26,163 bases of DNA, taken from a virus. Taxonomy: Duplodnaviria; Caudoviricetes. Where the stretch lies: positions 1 through 26,163 of the IMG/VR virus record IMGVR_UViG_3300025103_000135. One strand, given 5' to 3'. Shown piece by piece: positions 17,291-24,107 of the stretch. The notes under the pieces were generated by a model. The model was not told where the DNA came from and did not search any database. It saw only the letters and a list, made by a program, of their open reading frames with translations. Each line of letters begins with the position of its first letter. The stretch's first letter is position 1. The position numbers were made by a program, and so were the translations under genes.

Positions 17291-17340
17291 ATAAAGGGGG
17301 GGTAATGTTCTGTTTCCCAACAGGAAAACCCCCTCTTTGT
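17291..17340 (+). promoter_or_regulatory. Long stem-loop downstream of int
   Basis: AAAGGGGGGGT (17293-17303) pairs with ACCCCCTCTTT (17328-17338); inner TTCTGTT/AACAGGA stem with TCCC loop. Confidence 0.55.
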
Positions 17341-17341
17341 T

Positions 17342-17485
17342 ATGGAAAAGAATGTTTACGTTGAAGTTGAGCTTGACGTGATGACAGCCGATAAAGTTGT
17401 CGAGGTGTATGATACCGATCTGGAGGCCGCCATTGGTGACCAATTGCCAGACCTTGATCCGGTAGACAACCCAATAAGTAAATAG
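17342..17485 (+). CDS. 47-aa acidic hypothetical protein (not in ORF track)
   Basis: Hand translation MEKNVYVEVELDVMTADKVVEVYDTDLEAAIGDQLPDLDPVDNPISK; 13 D/E; no clear SD. Confidence 0.45.
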   Translation: MEKNVYVEVELDVMTADKVVEVYDTDLEAAIGDQLPDLDPVDNPISK

Positions 17486-17526
17486 ACTTATAGGCTTTTG
17501 TTGTGTTGATAAGTAGTATTTGTATT

Positions 17527-17543
17527 ACACTGTGCTACAGTGT
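17527..17543. promoter_or_regulatory. Operator-like palindrome ACACTGT-GCT-ACAGTGT
   Basis: Perfect 7-bp inverted repeat 19 bp upstream of the RHH start at 17563. Confidence 0.55.
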
Positions 17544-17562
17544 GTGTATTGGTTTTAACGCA

Positions 17563-17748
17563 ATGCCATTTCGCGATCCATCAATGAAGAGAGTCGGATT
17601 CTGGGTTACCGGCGACTTCCGCAAACGCCTCGCCAAGGAGGCCAAGAGGCGGGGCGTGAGTGTCTCGGACTTAATCAGGAACATGCTCAAGGATGAGATG
17701 GGGGAGTCTGACGATATTGGCAGTCAGAAAAAGAAGCCTTCTAAATAA
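17563..17748 (+). CDS. Ribbon-helix-helix (CopG/Arc-like) regulator 1
   Basis: KRVGFWVT strand, DFRKRLAKEAKRR helix, G-V-S-V-S-D-L-I-R turn/helix B signature; ATG 17563 preferred to GTG 17503. Confidence 0.85.
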   Translation: MPFRDPSMKRVGFWVTGDFRKRLAKEAKRRGVSVSDLIRNMLKDEMGESDDIGSQKKKPSK

Positions 17749-17780
17749 TAACCTGTTAACAATATAGTCTACTATTGTAC

Positions 17781-17833
17781 TTTACTTCTGGGCGGAGTCC
17801 GCCTTATAAGTAGCTCACCGGGCGGAGTCCGCC
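17781..17833 (+). promoter_or_regulatory. Candidate sigma70 promoter with two identical palindromic operators GGCGGAGTCCGCC
   Basis: Palindromes at 17791-17803 and 17821-17833; TTTACT (17781-17786) and TATAAG (17805-17810) flank the first with 18-bp spacing; strong SD (AGGAGAAAAGGAG) follows. Confidence 0.7.
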
Positions 17834-17862
17834 TGAAACTAATAGGAGAAAAGGAGCTAGTT

Positions 17863-18552
17863 ATGGAGAGTGTCAGTTTAATCATTTCAAATGCGTCTGC
17901 CCGGAAATTTGGGCATTTAAACTCCGAATCAAAACGCTACCTGATGGATGAGGTGGATAAGATTATATCGGATATGCCGATGGAGTGTGACACAGAAGAC
18001 CCGTGCCAGACCAACGCGCAGAACATAAAGCATTGCTCGCAGCATGGCTTGATAAACGAATCCTCCTTGCACTTCGCAAAGAGGCTAAGTCTGCTGGCCT
18101 TACTCCTGCTGAGTACGTTGAGCGGATTTTCTGCGAAGCCAGCGGCACCAAGCCGAGTCAACGCAAAGCTAATCGAAGCGGTATGCCAAGTGGAGTCGAA
18201 CGGGCGAGCCACGGCGATTGGAGACGGCGGTAAGGCTTCAGGCGCATTTCAATTCTGGCAGCCTACATGGCAGCACACCACGCAAATCCGTCAACGTGAC
18301 GGACTTCCCACCACATCCTACAAGGAGGGGTCTATAGACATTAAGTGGAGTCGCCTGTACGCTGTCAGCTATTTACAGTGGATCGAGAAATACATTCGTG
18401 ACCGAGGTGTAAAATACCCCACGGCAGGCCAGATATACATGGGCTACAACTGGGGTGTTGGTAATGCACGCAAGGTTAAATTCGATGTAAGCAAATCCCC
18501 GGCAACAACTCAACGTGCGATCCGAAAGATTGAGGCATGGTTGAAGAAGTAA
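17863..18552 (+). CDS. Lytic transglycosylase (SLT/lysozyme-like) with internal signal/TM segment
   Basis: Motif I VCQVES (E111), motif II GAFQF, motif III GYNWG; hydrophobic KRLSLLALLLLSTLSGFSA precedes the domain. Start uncertain (ATG 17863 with SD, or TTG 18049/18067). Confidence 0.75.
   Translation: MESVSLIISNASARKFGHLNSESKRYLMDEVDKIISDMPMECDTEDPCQTNAQNIKHCSQHGLINESSLHFAKRLSLLALLLLSTLSGFSAKPAAPSRVNAKLIEAVCQVESNGRATAIGDGGKASGAFQFWQPTWQHTTQIRQRDGLPTTSYKEGSIDIKWSRLYAVSYLQWIEKYIRDRGVKYPTAGQIYMGYNWGVGNARKVKFDVSKSPATTQRAIRKIEAWLKK
18003..18233 (+). CDS. Ribbon-helix-helix regulator 2, nested out of frame in the transglycosylase ORF
   Basis: Aligns with RHH1 using one gap: MP..R.........W........L.KEAK..G...............G (11 identities over 48 aa); GTG start, weak SD. 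Confidence 0.65.
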   Translation: MPDQRAEHKALLAAWLDKRILLALRKEAKSAGLTPAEYVERIFCEASGTKPSQRKANRSGMPSGVERASHGDWRRR

Positions 18553-18716
18553 CATTCAAAGTGGGCGACCGGGTGAAGCACAAGGATAACCCGGCAATTA
18601 AGGGACGCATTGTGGGCGATGCCTTTGGCAAGCCAGAAAAGCGAAACGTCAGGCTGCAATTAACTAACGGGCTACTCTTCGACGTGACCCCATACGCATT
18701 AAAAACATGGAAATAG
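18537..18716 (+). CDS. 59-aa SH3/KOW-like hypothetical protein (not in ORF track)
   Basis: Hand translation MVEEVTFKVGDRVKHKDNPAIKGRIVGDAFGKPEKRNVRLQLTNGLLFDVTPYALKTWK; fills the gap between neighbours. Confidence 0.65.
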   Translation: MVEEVTFKVGDRVKHKDNPAIKGRIVGDAFGKPEKRNVRLQLTNGLLFDVTPYALKTWK

Positions 18717-18907
18717 ATAAACAATTAGAAGCAATGCAACTCGTCTCCCGCAAACATGCGGCTGAGTTGATGGATTGCAGTATCCCGCACATCGACACTT
18801 TATTGAAGCGAGGCGACCTTGAGCCGATCCGAATAGGTTCGCAAGGGGTACGCATAACACTCGCTTCCCTCCAGCGGTTCATCGGCACCCCCACACCCCG
18901 CCGATGA
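18707..18907 (+). CDS. xis: Excisionase-family helix-turn-helix protein
   Basis: LVSRKHAAELMDCS..HI..LLKRGDLEPIRIG...VRIT...L..FI matches the Xis/HTH_17 pattern. Confidence 0.8.
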   Translation: MEIDKQLEAMQLVSRKHAAELMDCSIPHIDTLLKRGDLEPIRIGSQGVRITLASLQRFIGTPTPRR

Positions 18908-19281
18908 GCCGCATTAATTCCAGAGCGAAAGGTGCCAGAGCCGAGAGGGCTTGGTGCCTGTACCTCAAAGACATTGGGTTCAACAAGGACGGCACCCCAA
19001 TGTTTGATGCAAAGCGCGGCTGCCAGAATGCTGGCCGTGATCAGTTTGGTCAGGACTTCCCCGATGTCGTTTGCCCGTCACTGAATTACATCCACTGGGA
19101 GGTGAAGGCAGTGGAACGCCTGAACATCCATGACGCAATCGATCAAGCCAAGCGTGATTGTGAAGGAACAGGTAAGGTGCCGATTGTGGCGCATAAAAAG
19201 AACCACAGCCCGTGGCTGGTCACGATGCCAGCCGATGAGTTTGCTAAGTTTTTACGAGGCGATTTGCCTCCAGCAGAATAG
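18904..19281 (+). CDS. Holliday junction resolvase (Hjc-like PD-(D/E)XK)
   Basis: NSRAKGARAER, PDVVC, HWEVKAVERLN, QAKRD, PIVAHKKN..PWLV motifs. Confidence 0.85.
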   Translation: MSRINSRAKGARAERAWCLYLKDIGFNKDGTPMFDAKRGCQNAGRDQFGQDFPDVVCPSLNYIHWEVKAVERLNIHDAIDQAKRDCEGTGKVPIVAHKKNHSPWLVTMPADEFAKFLRGDLPPAE

Positions 19282-19348
19282 TTATTTGGTGGGACAGCGT
19301 TTGTCCTACAGGAGGTGTAGAATACCTGCACTATAAACAAAGGAGCTT

Positions 19349-19501
19349 ATGAGAATGCAAATTAATTACCCGCAGAACATGCGGAACGAAACCCAAGACA
19401 ATAAAGAATTTGGCTACTGGCTGGAGGCGTTAGCTGACACTCAGTCCCGAAACGAACAAACCGAAACAACCGAACAGAAGGAAAAAAATGATATTGAGTG
19501 A
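19349..19501 (+). CDS. 50-aa hypothetical protein (not in ORF track)
   Basis: AGGAG at 19341-19345; MRMQINYPQNMRNETQDNKEFGYWLEALADTQSRNEQTETTEQKEKNDIE. Confidence 0.45.
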   Translation: MRMQINYPQNMRNETQDNKEFGYWLEALADTQSRNEQTETTEQKEKNDIE

Positions 19502-19955
19502 AGCGAAGCAAGAAGAGTGGGAGAAGCCCACGGTAGGAATACACCCGGCAGTCTGTGTTGATGTTATTGAGCTTGGCCCAAAAACAAGCACCTACGAGGG
19601 TAAGACACGAACGACCAATGAGATTAAGATCGTCTTTTGCATTGGCGATCAAGTTACGAAGGATGGTGATCCTATTTACCTCGGAGCTTGGTTCAACGCT
19701 ACCTTGCATCCGATGGGCAAGTTCAGGGAGGCACTTATAGAGTGGCGCGGCCAAGACCTGTCGAATGAAGAGAAAAGTAACTTCAACACCGAGCAACTGG
19801 TAGGCGCACAAGCCAGTGTGAACGTGATCGAGAAACAGAAGCAAGATGGGTCCGGGGTATCAATTAGGATAAGTTCAATAATGCCCCCCGCAAAAGGTCA
19901 GGACGTTAAAGTACCTGATTCGCACGAGAGAGTAACTGCTGACCCAGGTTGGTAA
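19488..19955 (+). CDS. Phage single-stranded DNA-binding-like protein
   Basis: G.HPAVCVDVIELG...TLH...FR..L..WRG..L...E...F....LVG....VNV pattern; adjacent to exonuclease. Confidence 0.6.
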   Translation: MILSEAKQEEWEKPTVGIHPAVCVDVIELGPKTSTYEGKTRTTNEIKIVFCIGDQVTKDGDPIYLGAWFNATLHPMGKFREALIEWRGQDLSNEEKSNFNTEQLVGAQASVNVIEKQKQDGSGVSIRISSIMPPAKGQDVKVPDSHERVTADPGW

Positions 19956-19957
19956 TC

Positions 19958-20743
19958 ATGGCATCTCTATTCGTTAAACCAGACGGTGGCGGCCATTGGT
20001 ATACAGCCGATGGTGAGCCAAGGTATGATGCTAACCTGCGTGATGCACGCAAGGAACAACTCTTACCCTCACCTACTTCAATCCTGTCGATTGTCCGATC
20101 TGATGGCTTAGAGCGATGGAAGCTCAATCAGATGGCGGTTGCTGCCGTGGAATTGCAGCGCGGGGCAGCCGAGTCAGGTGACGTTTTTGGTAGACGATTA
20201 GTCGAGCGTTCTGAGTCTCTCCGCAATGAAGCGGCGAGGCTTGGGACGCTTGTCCATGATGGCATTGAGAGAATGATCGGCGGCAGGCTCTGGGATGAGT
20301 CCTGCCCTATCCTGCAAAAGTTTCACGAGTGGAGCCAAGGAAATATCAAGGCACATGAGTGGAGTGAAAGGGTACTGGTTAACCGCAGCCTCGGTGTAGC
20401 CGGTAAGGCTGATGCGATGGTCTACTTCAAGGGCAAGGCAGCCGAGCTTGTCGGTGATCAGCCAGTGTTGGTCGATTGGAAGACTCAGAAGATGAAGCTG
20501 AGTAAAGCCAAGAAGCCGGTGTACAAACCAAACTATTATTCCAAATGGGTCATGCAGTTGGCGTTCTACCAGAGTTGCCTGATGACCAAGGTGCCGGTGG
20601 TCAGTGTTGCAATCAATACGACTGAGCCAATGGAACCGATTATCAAGCTGTGGACACCTGAAGAGGTGAGTGAAGCGATGGAAGCATTCGAGGCAGCACT
20701 GCGCCTCTGGCAGTACGAAAAAAACTACAAACCAAAACTATGA
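19958..20743 (+). CDS. PD-(D/E)XK exonuclease (RecB/Cas4-like phage family)
   Basis: HWY...G, LPSPTSIL, GTLVH, GVAGKAD, LVDWKT, QLAFY motifs. Confidence 0.85.
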   Translation: MASLFVKPDGGGHWYTADGEPRYDANLRDARKEQLLPSPTSILSIVRSDGLERWKLNQMAVAAVELQRGAAESGDVFGRRLVERSESLRNEAARLGTLVHDGIERMIGGRLWDESCPILQKFHEWSQGNIKAHEWSERVLVNRSLGVAGKADAMVYFKGKAAELVGDQPVLVDWKTQKMKLSKAKKPVYKPNYYSKWVMQLAFYQSCLMTKVPVVSVAINTTEPMEPIIKLWTPEEVSEAMEAFEAALRLWQYEKNYKPKL

Positions 20744-21072
20744 ATTATTTTAAACATCAATTTGAGGGGATTGTCCGGGGAGTAGCTGAAGTTTACCGGG
20801 TCACGCCCGAAGAGATACTTGGCCGCTCACGCTTTGAGCCGATTGCCGAGGCGCGTCAGGTTGCGATGGTGATTACATGGAAATCGCTTTCCAGTAACAA
20901 GGGGGCGTTGAGTCGAACTGGCCGTTTATTTAAACGGTGCCACGGCACGGTCATGCACGCTAAATCGGCGGTCGAAAGGCGAGTCCTCTCAGACCCACGT
21001 TCGCTTGAAAAGTGGAAGGTTGCCAGATGGTTAGTCGTCAAGGAGCCAATCGATTCCGATTACCAGATATGA
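20740..21072 (+). CDS. Stand-alone DnaA C-terminal (domain IV) HTH protein
   Basis: VAEVYRVTPEEILGRSR...AEARQVAM...LSRTGRLFKRCHGTVMHA mirrors DnaA domain IV (ARQIAMY...IG..F.RDHTTV.HA). Confidence 0.85.
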   Translation: MNYFKHQFEGIVRGVAEVYRVTPEEILGRSRFEPIAEARQVAMVITWKSLSSNKGALSRTGRLFKRCHGTVMHAKSAVERRVLSDPRSLEKWKVARWLVVKEPIDSDYQI

Positions 21073-21284
21073 GCAAAGGAAGTGTGCCGAGAAATAATTT
21101 CTCAGACAAATTCAGAAACAACTACGACCTAATATTCAAAGGAGGAAAGAACAATGGGAGTACCAACACTAGCCGACTACGAACACATCAGTCACATCCA
21201 GACGGAGTTCGACGAACTCGTAAACACAAAGTACCTGCAAGGGATTCAGGAACACGGAGGACACCTGTGGGAGAAGCCACTTGA
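21069..21284 (+). CDS. Small hypothetical protein (KGS.PR....F..NYD.IF pattern)
   Basis: ATGA coupling at 21069; N-terminal pattern common in phages; C-terminal part overlaps next gene. Confidence 0.5.
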   Translation: MSKGSVPRNNFSDKFRNNYDLIFKGGKNNGSTNTSRLRTHQSHPDGVRRTRKHKVPARDSGTRRTPVGEAT

Positions 21285-21531
21285 GCGTGAAGCAATCAAC
21301 GAGGCTGTTGATCAAGTTGTCTACCTAATCACACTCCGCGACCAAATCGATGAGGTGTGCAAGCTCGCACTCAAGGGGTTGGATGAGGAGATGGATGCAC
21401 GCACTGCCTGCTTCCACATTATCCAAACACTGGGCCGGGTCAGCGATCACGAGAAGCCAGAGGATGATGGAATGAGCAAGAAGCAACTCCGCAAGGAGAT
21501 GGAGAGGTGGAAGGAGATTGCTAAATCGTGA
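21154..21531 (+). CDS. Hypothetical protein, possible all-alpha nucleotide pyrophosphohydrolase-like
   Basis: GGAGG upstream; KY..G..EHG.......EAINEAVD..VYL resembles ExxxExxD helices of MazG/dUTPase-like folds. Confidence 0.5.
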   Translation: MGVPTLADYEHISHIQTEFDELVNTKYLQGIQEHGGHLWEKPLEREAINEAVDQVVYLITLRDQIDEVCKLALKGLDEEMDARTACFHIIQTLGRVSDHEKPEDDGMSKKQLRKEMERWKEIAKS

Positions 21532-21710
21532 AGAGGAAAAATTCAGGTAAATTTAAAATGTGCTGGGGTACACCAAAACGGAAGGGTCACTTCCATTCCA
21601 AGAAGGGGACGTATGTGTCTCTAAGTGACTACCAGCGAATCAACGATAAGAAGTGGCTCAACCCGCCTTCGCTCAAAAATGAAACCCAAGGACTACAGCC
21701 TGATAATTGA
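21528..21710 (+). CDS. Basic hypothetical protein
   Basis: GTGA coupling; GGAG upstream. Confidence 0.5.
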   Translation: MKRKNSGKFKMCWGTPKRKGHFHSKKGTYVSLSDYQRINDKKWLNPPSLKNETQGLQPDN

Positions 21711-21734
21711 TTTTATTGTAGTGGGCTTATTAGT

Positions 21735-22226
21735 ATGGCTGCTGATTTACATCCTGCTATGACCGTCAAACTCTCCGCATCAGAGTGCGCTGTCGCTCAA
21801 ATGCTGGCCAGTATGAGGACTCTGGTGAGCCGTGCAGCCGGTATCACGAACCAAAAGCAAGGAAAGCAGTCACAGCACAAGACCGAGGTGGAAGGGATGG
21901 CCGCTGAACTGGCCTTTGCGAAGCATTTCAACATCTGCCCTGTCATGGAAGTAAAACCCGTTTCAGGCGGCTCAGACGGCATTCTAAAGGGCAAAACAAT
22001 CGATGTGAAGGTAACAGCCTACCCGGATGGCCGCTTACTCGCTCACCCCAACAAAAAGAAGCACCCCAGTGACGTGTTCGTGCTGCTCATAGGTGAGATG
22101 CCTAACTACCGGATCGCCGGGTACGCACTGGCCGCTGACCTGATCCACCCGGACAACCTGACTGATCTAGGGCATGGCCCGGTGTACGCACTTAACCAGG
22201 ATCAACTGAAACAATTTAAGAAATGA
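21735..22226 (+). CDS. Putative PD-(D/E)XK-fold nuclease
   Basis: EGMAAELAFAK...GGSDG.....IDVKVT...DVFVL pattern. Confidence 0.6.
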   Translation: MAADLHPAMTVKLSASECAVAQMLASMRTLVSRAAGITNQKQGKQSQHKTEVEGMAAELAFAKHFNICPVMEVKPVSGGSDGILKGKTIDVKVTAYPDGRLLAHPNKKKHPSDVFVLLIGEMPNYRIAGYALAADLIHPDNLTDLGHGPVYALNQDQLKQFKK

Positions 22227-22406
22227 AAAGCATAGATGAAAATTTAGTGAAGATGGGTAAAGGGGATGCATTCAGGCCAATGTTTGGGGCTGCGTCAGGT
22301 TCCTGTTATCGGATTACGCCTGACTCAAGGAGGGTCAGGAGAAAGGCAGACAGGATGTTGAAGGCCGAGTTGCGTAGGGAATTTAAAAAACAATTTAAGA
22401 AATGAA
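22209..22406 (+). repeat. 19-bp direct repeat AAACAATTTAAGAAATGAA at 22209-22227 and 22388-22406
   Basis: Read directly; each copy spans a stop/start junction. Confidence 0.9.
22223..22405 (+). CDS. Basic hypothetical protein bounded by direct repeats
   Basis: ATGA coupling at both ends. Confidence 0.6.
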   Translation: MKSIDENLVKMGKGDAFRPMFGAASGSCYRITPDSRRVRRKADRMLKAELRREFKKQFKK

Positions 22407-22662
22407 CATAACAACTGTAGAACTAAAAACACTCGAAGCCTGTCAGTCGCCTCAAGATTGGCGCAAGGCGTGTGACGCAATCAAGGCAGTCCGTAATCAG
22501 GAGTATCCTGATGACTGGTGGAAGCGCGTTAAGCAGACCGGCCTGATGGATCGCATCATGCAACGGTGGGAAGGTTCATCCGAACTAGAGGTGATTCACC
22601 CTGAACCATCTCCAGAGGATTATGAGCCGAATCCGTATCACGGAACCTACTCAGAAGAATGA
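22402..22662 (+). CDS. Hypothetical protein
   Basis: ATGA coupling at both ends; ends EPNPYHGTYSEE. Confidence 0.65.
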   Translation: MNITTVELKTLEACQSPQDWRKACDAIKAVRNQEYPDDWWKRVKQTGLMDRIMQRWEGSSELEVIHPEPSPEDYEPNPYHGTYSEE

Positions 22663-23411
22663 GTCTTAAAGCATCAGCATGGGCATGGGATATGCCAGTT
22701 AACGGATTAACCAAGCTCGTGCTGCTTGCTATTGCCGATTACGCCGGGAGGGATAATGACTCCGCTTGGCCCTCAATGGACACCCTCGCAACCCGCTGCG
22801 GCATCAGCCGAATGACCGCCGTTCGGGCTATCCGTGAGCTTCAAGATAAGAAGCTGCTGGAGGTCGAATCCAGAGCCAATCGCACCAACTTATACCGCCT
22901 CCCAGTAGCCGATCCAGAGGGGTATCACAGTGATAGGGGGTATCACACAGATACTACGGTAGTACCACACAGTTACTCCGGTAGTACCACACAGATACCC
23001 AAACCAGTAAAGAACCAGTTAAGAACCAGTCATATACCAGAAAGTGAAGTTGAGGCTATCTACGATGCCTACCCTCGGAAGGTCGGCAGGCCGAATGCGC
23101 TGAAAGCAATTCGCAAGGCACTCAAACTCGAATCAGCCAAAAAGGAACACGGCTTGTCTTACCAAGCCTTGGTTGAAAAAACGAAACTATGGGCCACGGC
23201 CTGCGAACAACGAATTGCCGCAGAACCCGACTCCGCAAAATACATCAAACACCCAGCCACTTGGTTCAATCAGCAGTGCTACCTCGAACCCGCTACAGAG
23301 TGGGGCATCAAGGCAGCAGCCAAAACCGGCTTCGACCGGGACGCAGAACGAATCGCAGCCCAAGCCGACGAAGCGCACAAACGCATCATGGCAGAAATCG
23401 ACAATCTATGA
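22659..23411 (+). CDS. Phage replication initiator (N-terminal winged HTH)
   Basis: KLVLLAIADYA...AWPSMDTLATRCGISRMTAVRAIRELQ...NLYRL; C-terminal YPRKVG...YIKHPATWFNQ; iterons in the linker. Confidence 0.9.
   Translation: MSLKASAWAWDMPVNGLTKLVLLAIADYAGRDNDSAWPSMDTLATRCGISRMTAVRAIRELQDKKLLEVESRANRTNLYRLPVADPEGYHSDRGYHTDTTVVPHSYSGSTTQIPKPVKNQLRTSHIPESEVEAIYDAYPRKVGRPNALKAIRKALKLESAKKEHGLSYQALVEKTKLWATACEQRIAAEPDSAKYIKHPATWFNQQCYLEPATEWGIKAAAKTGFDRDAERIAAQADEAHKRIMAEIDNL
22922..23030 (+). repeat. Replication origin iterons inside the initiator gene
   Basis: GTA(T/C)CACACAG(A/T)TAC at 22940, 22962, 22984 (22-bp period), variant at 22922; then AACCAGT at 23002, 23013, 23024 (11-bp period). Confidence 0.85.
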
Positions 23412-23755
23412 TCAAAGACCATCAATGCCCCCACTGCCATACCGCCCTACAGGTCGAACTGCCTCACACTGACCCATACGGTCTTAACAGGCTCCATAGC
23501 ATCATTCACTGTGATACATGCTCCGGGCTAAAAGCTAAACTCATCAAAACGAACGACTACATCACAAGCATTACGAACGAGTTGCGTACAGCCGCCGATA
23601 CCGTAGCAATCGAAAAACTCTCAGGCAGCCTCAAGGCACACTACAGCGGCAGACAACGAATCCAAAAAAAACTCGATGACCGATTGCACACAAGTCGTCA
23701 AACTAGTGAGCAAAACAAACTCGACCAAAAGCCCCAAGGTCAATTACCTTGGTGA
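23408..23755 (+). CDS. Zn-finger protein, possible helicase-loader/replication accessory
   Basis: ATGA coupling at 23408; CPHC...CDTC then coiled coil; role inferred from position. Confidence 0.6.
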   Translation: MIKDHQCPHCHTALQVELPHTDPYGLNRLHSIIHCDTCSGLKAKLIKTNDYITSITNELRTAADTVAIEKLSGSLKAHYSGRQRIQKKLDDRLHTSRQTSEQNKLDQKPQGQLPW

Positions 23756-24107
23756 GGTAGGTGTAGAATACCTCGTTAATGTTGCGAGGATGGCTCCTAA
23801 GAGCCGCAAAGGAGAAGGAGGACAAATCATGCTAAGGGGAAATAGAAACGCTGTACGGCCAAAATCTGGCCAGTTGCACACATTCATTACAGCATCCGAA
23901 TGCGAAGGGTGCGGATGTCACGCAGTTTACAAGGAAACAGTGCGCGTAACCGCTGAACCGGGGCCACAACTTGAAGGCGCATTAGAAGCCTTCAGAGGTT
24001 CAATGCTGCTGCTACTACAGGAAGACTCAATCTGCGAAGAGTGCGAGGCCGAAAACCAAGAACAAACAGGCCAAGGCATCTGGCCGTGGGAGGCAGACGA
24101 ATTATGA
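23676..24107 (+). CDS. Zn-finger hypothetical protein
   Basis: CEGC...CEEC; true start probably later (ATG 23790 or 23829). Confidence 0.5.
   Translation: MTDCTQVVKLVSKTNSTKSPKVNYLGEVGVEYLVNVARMAPKSRKGEGGQIMLRGNRNAVRPKSGQLHTFITASECEGCGCHAVYKETVRVTAEPGPQLEGALEAFRGSMLLLLQEDSICEECEAENQEQTGQGIWPWEADEL

Noticed and set aside
19958-20743. Cas4 / CRISPR system
   Set aside because: No Fe-S cysteine cluster, no other cas genes, no repeat-spacer array; ordinary phage exonuclease.
22922-23030. Mini CRISPR array
   Set aside because: 22-bp period leaves no room for spacers, and the repeats lie inside a replication initiator gene as iterons do.
23189-23407. Long N-terminal extensions in the ORF track (23189; also 4587, 14854, 17503, 24041, 25126)
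   Set aside because: They overlap upstream genes or operators; downstream starts with stop/start coupling fit better.
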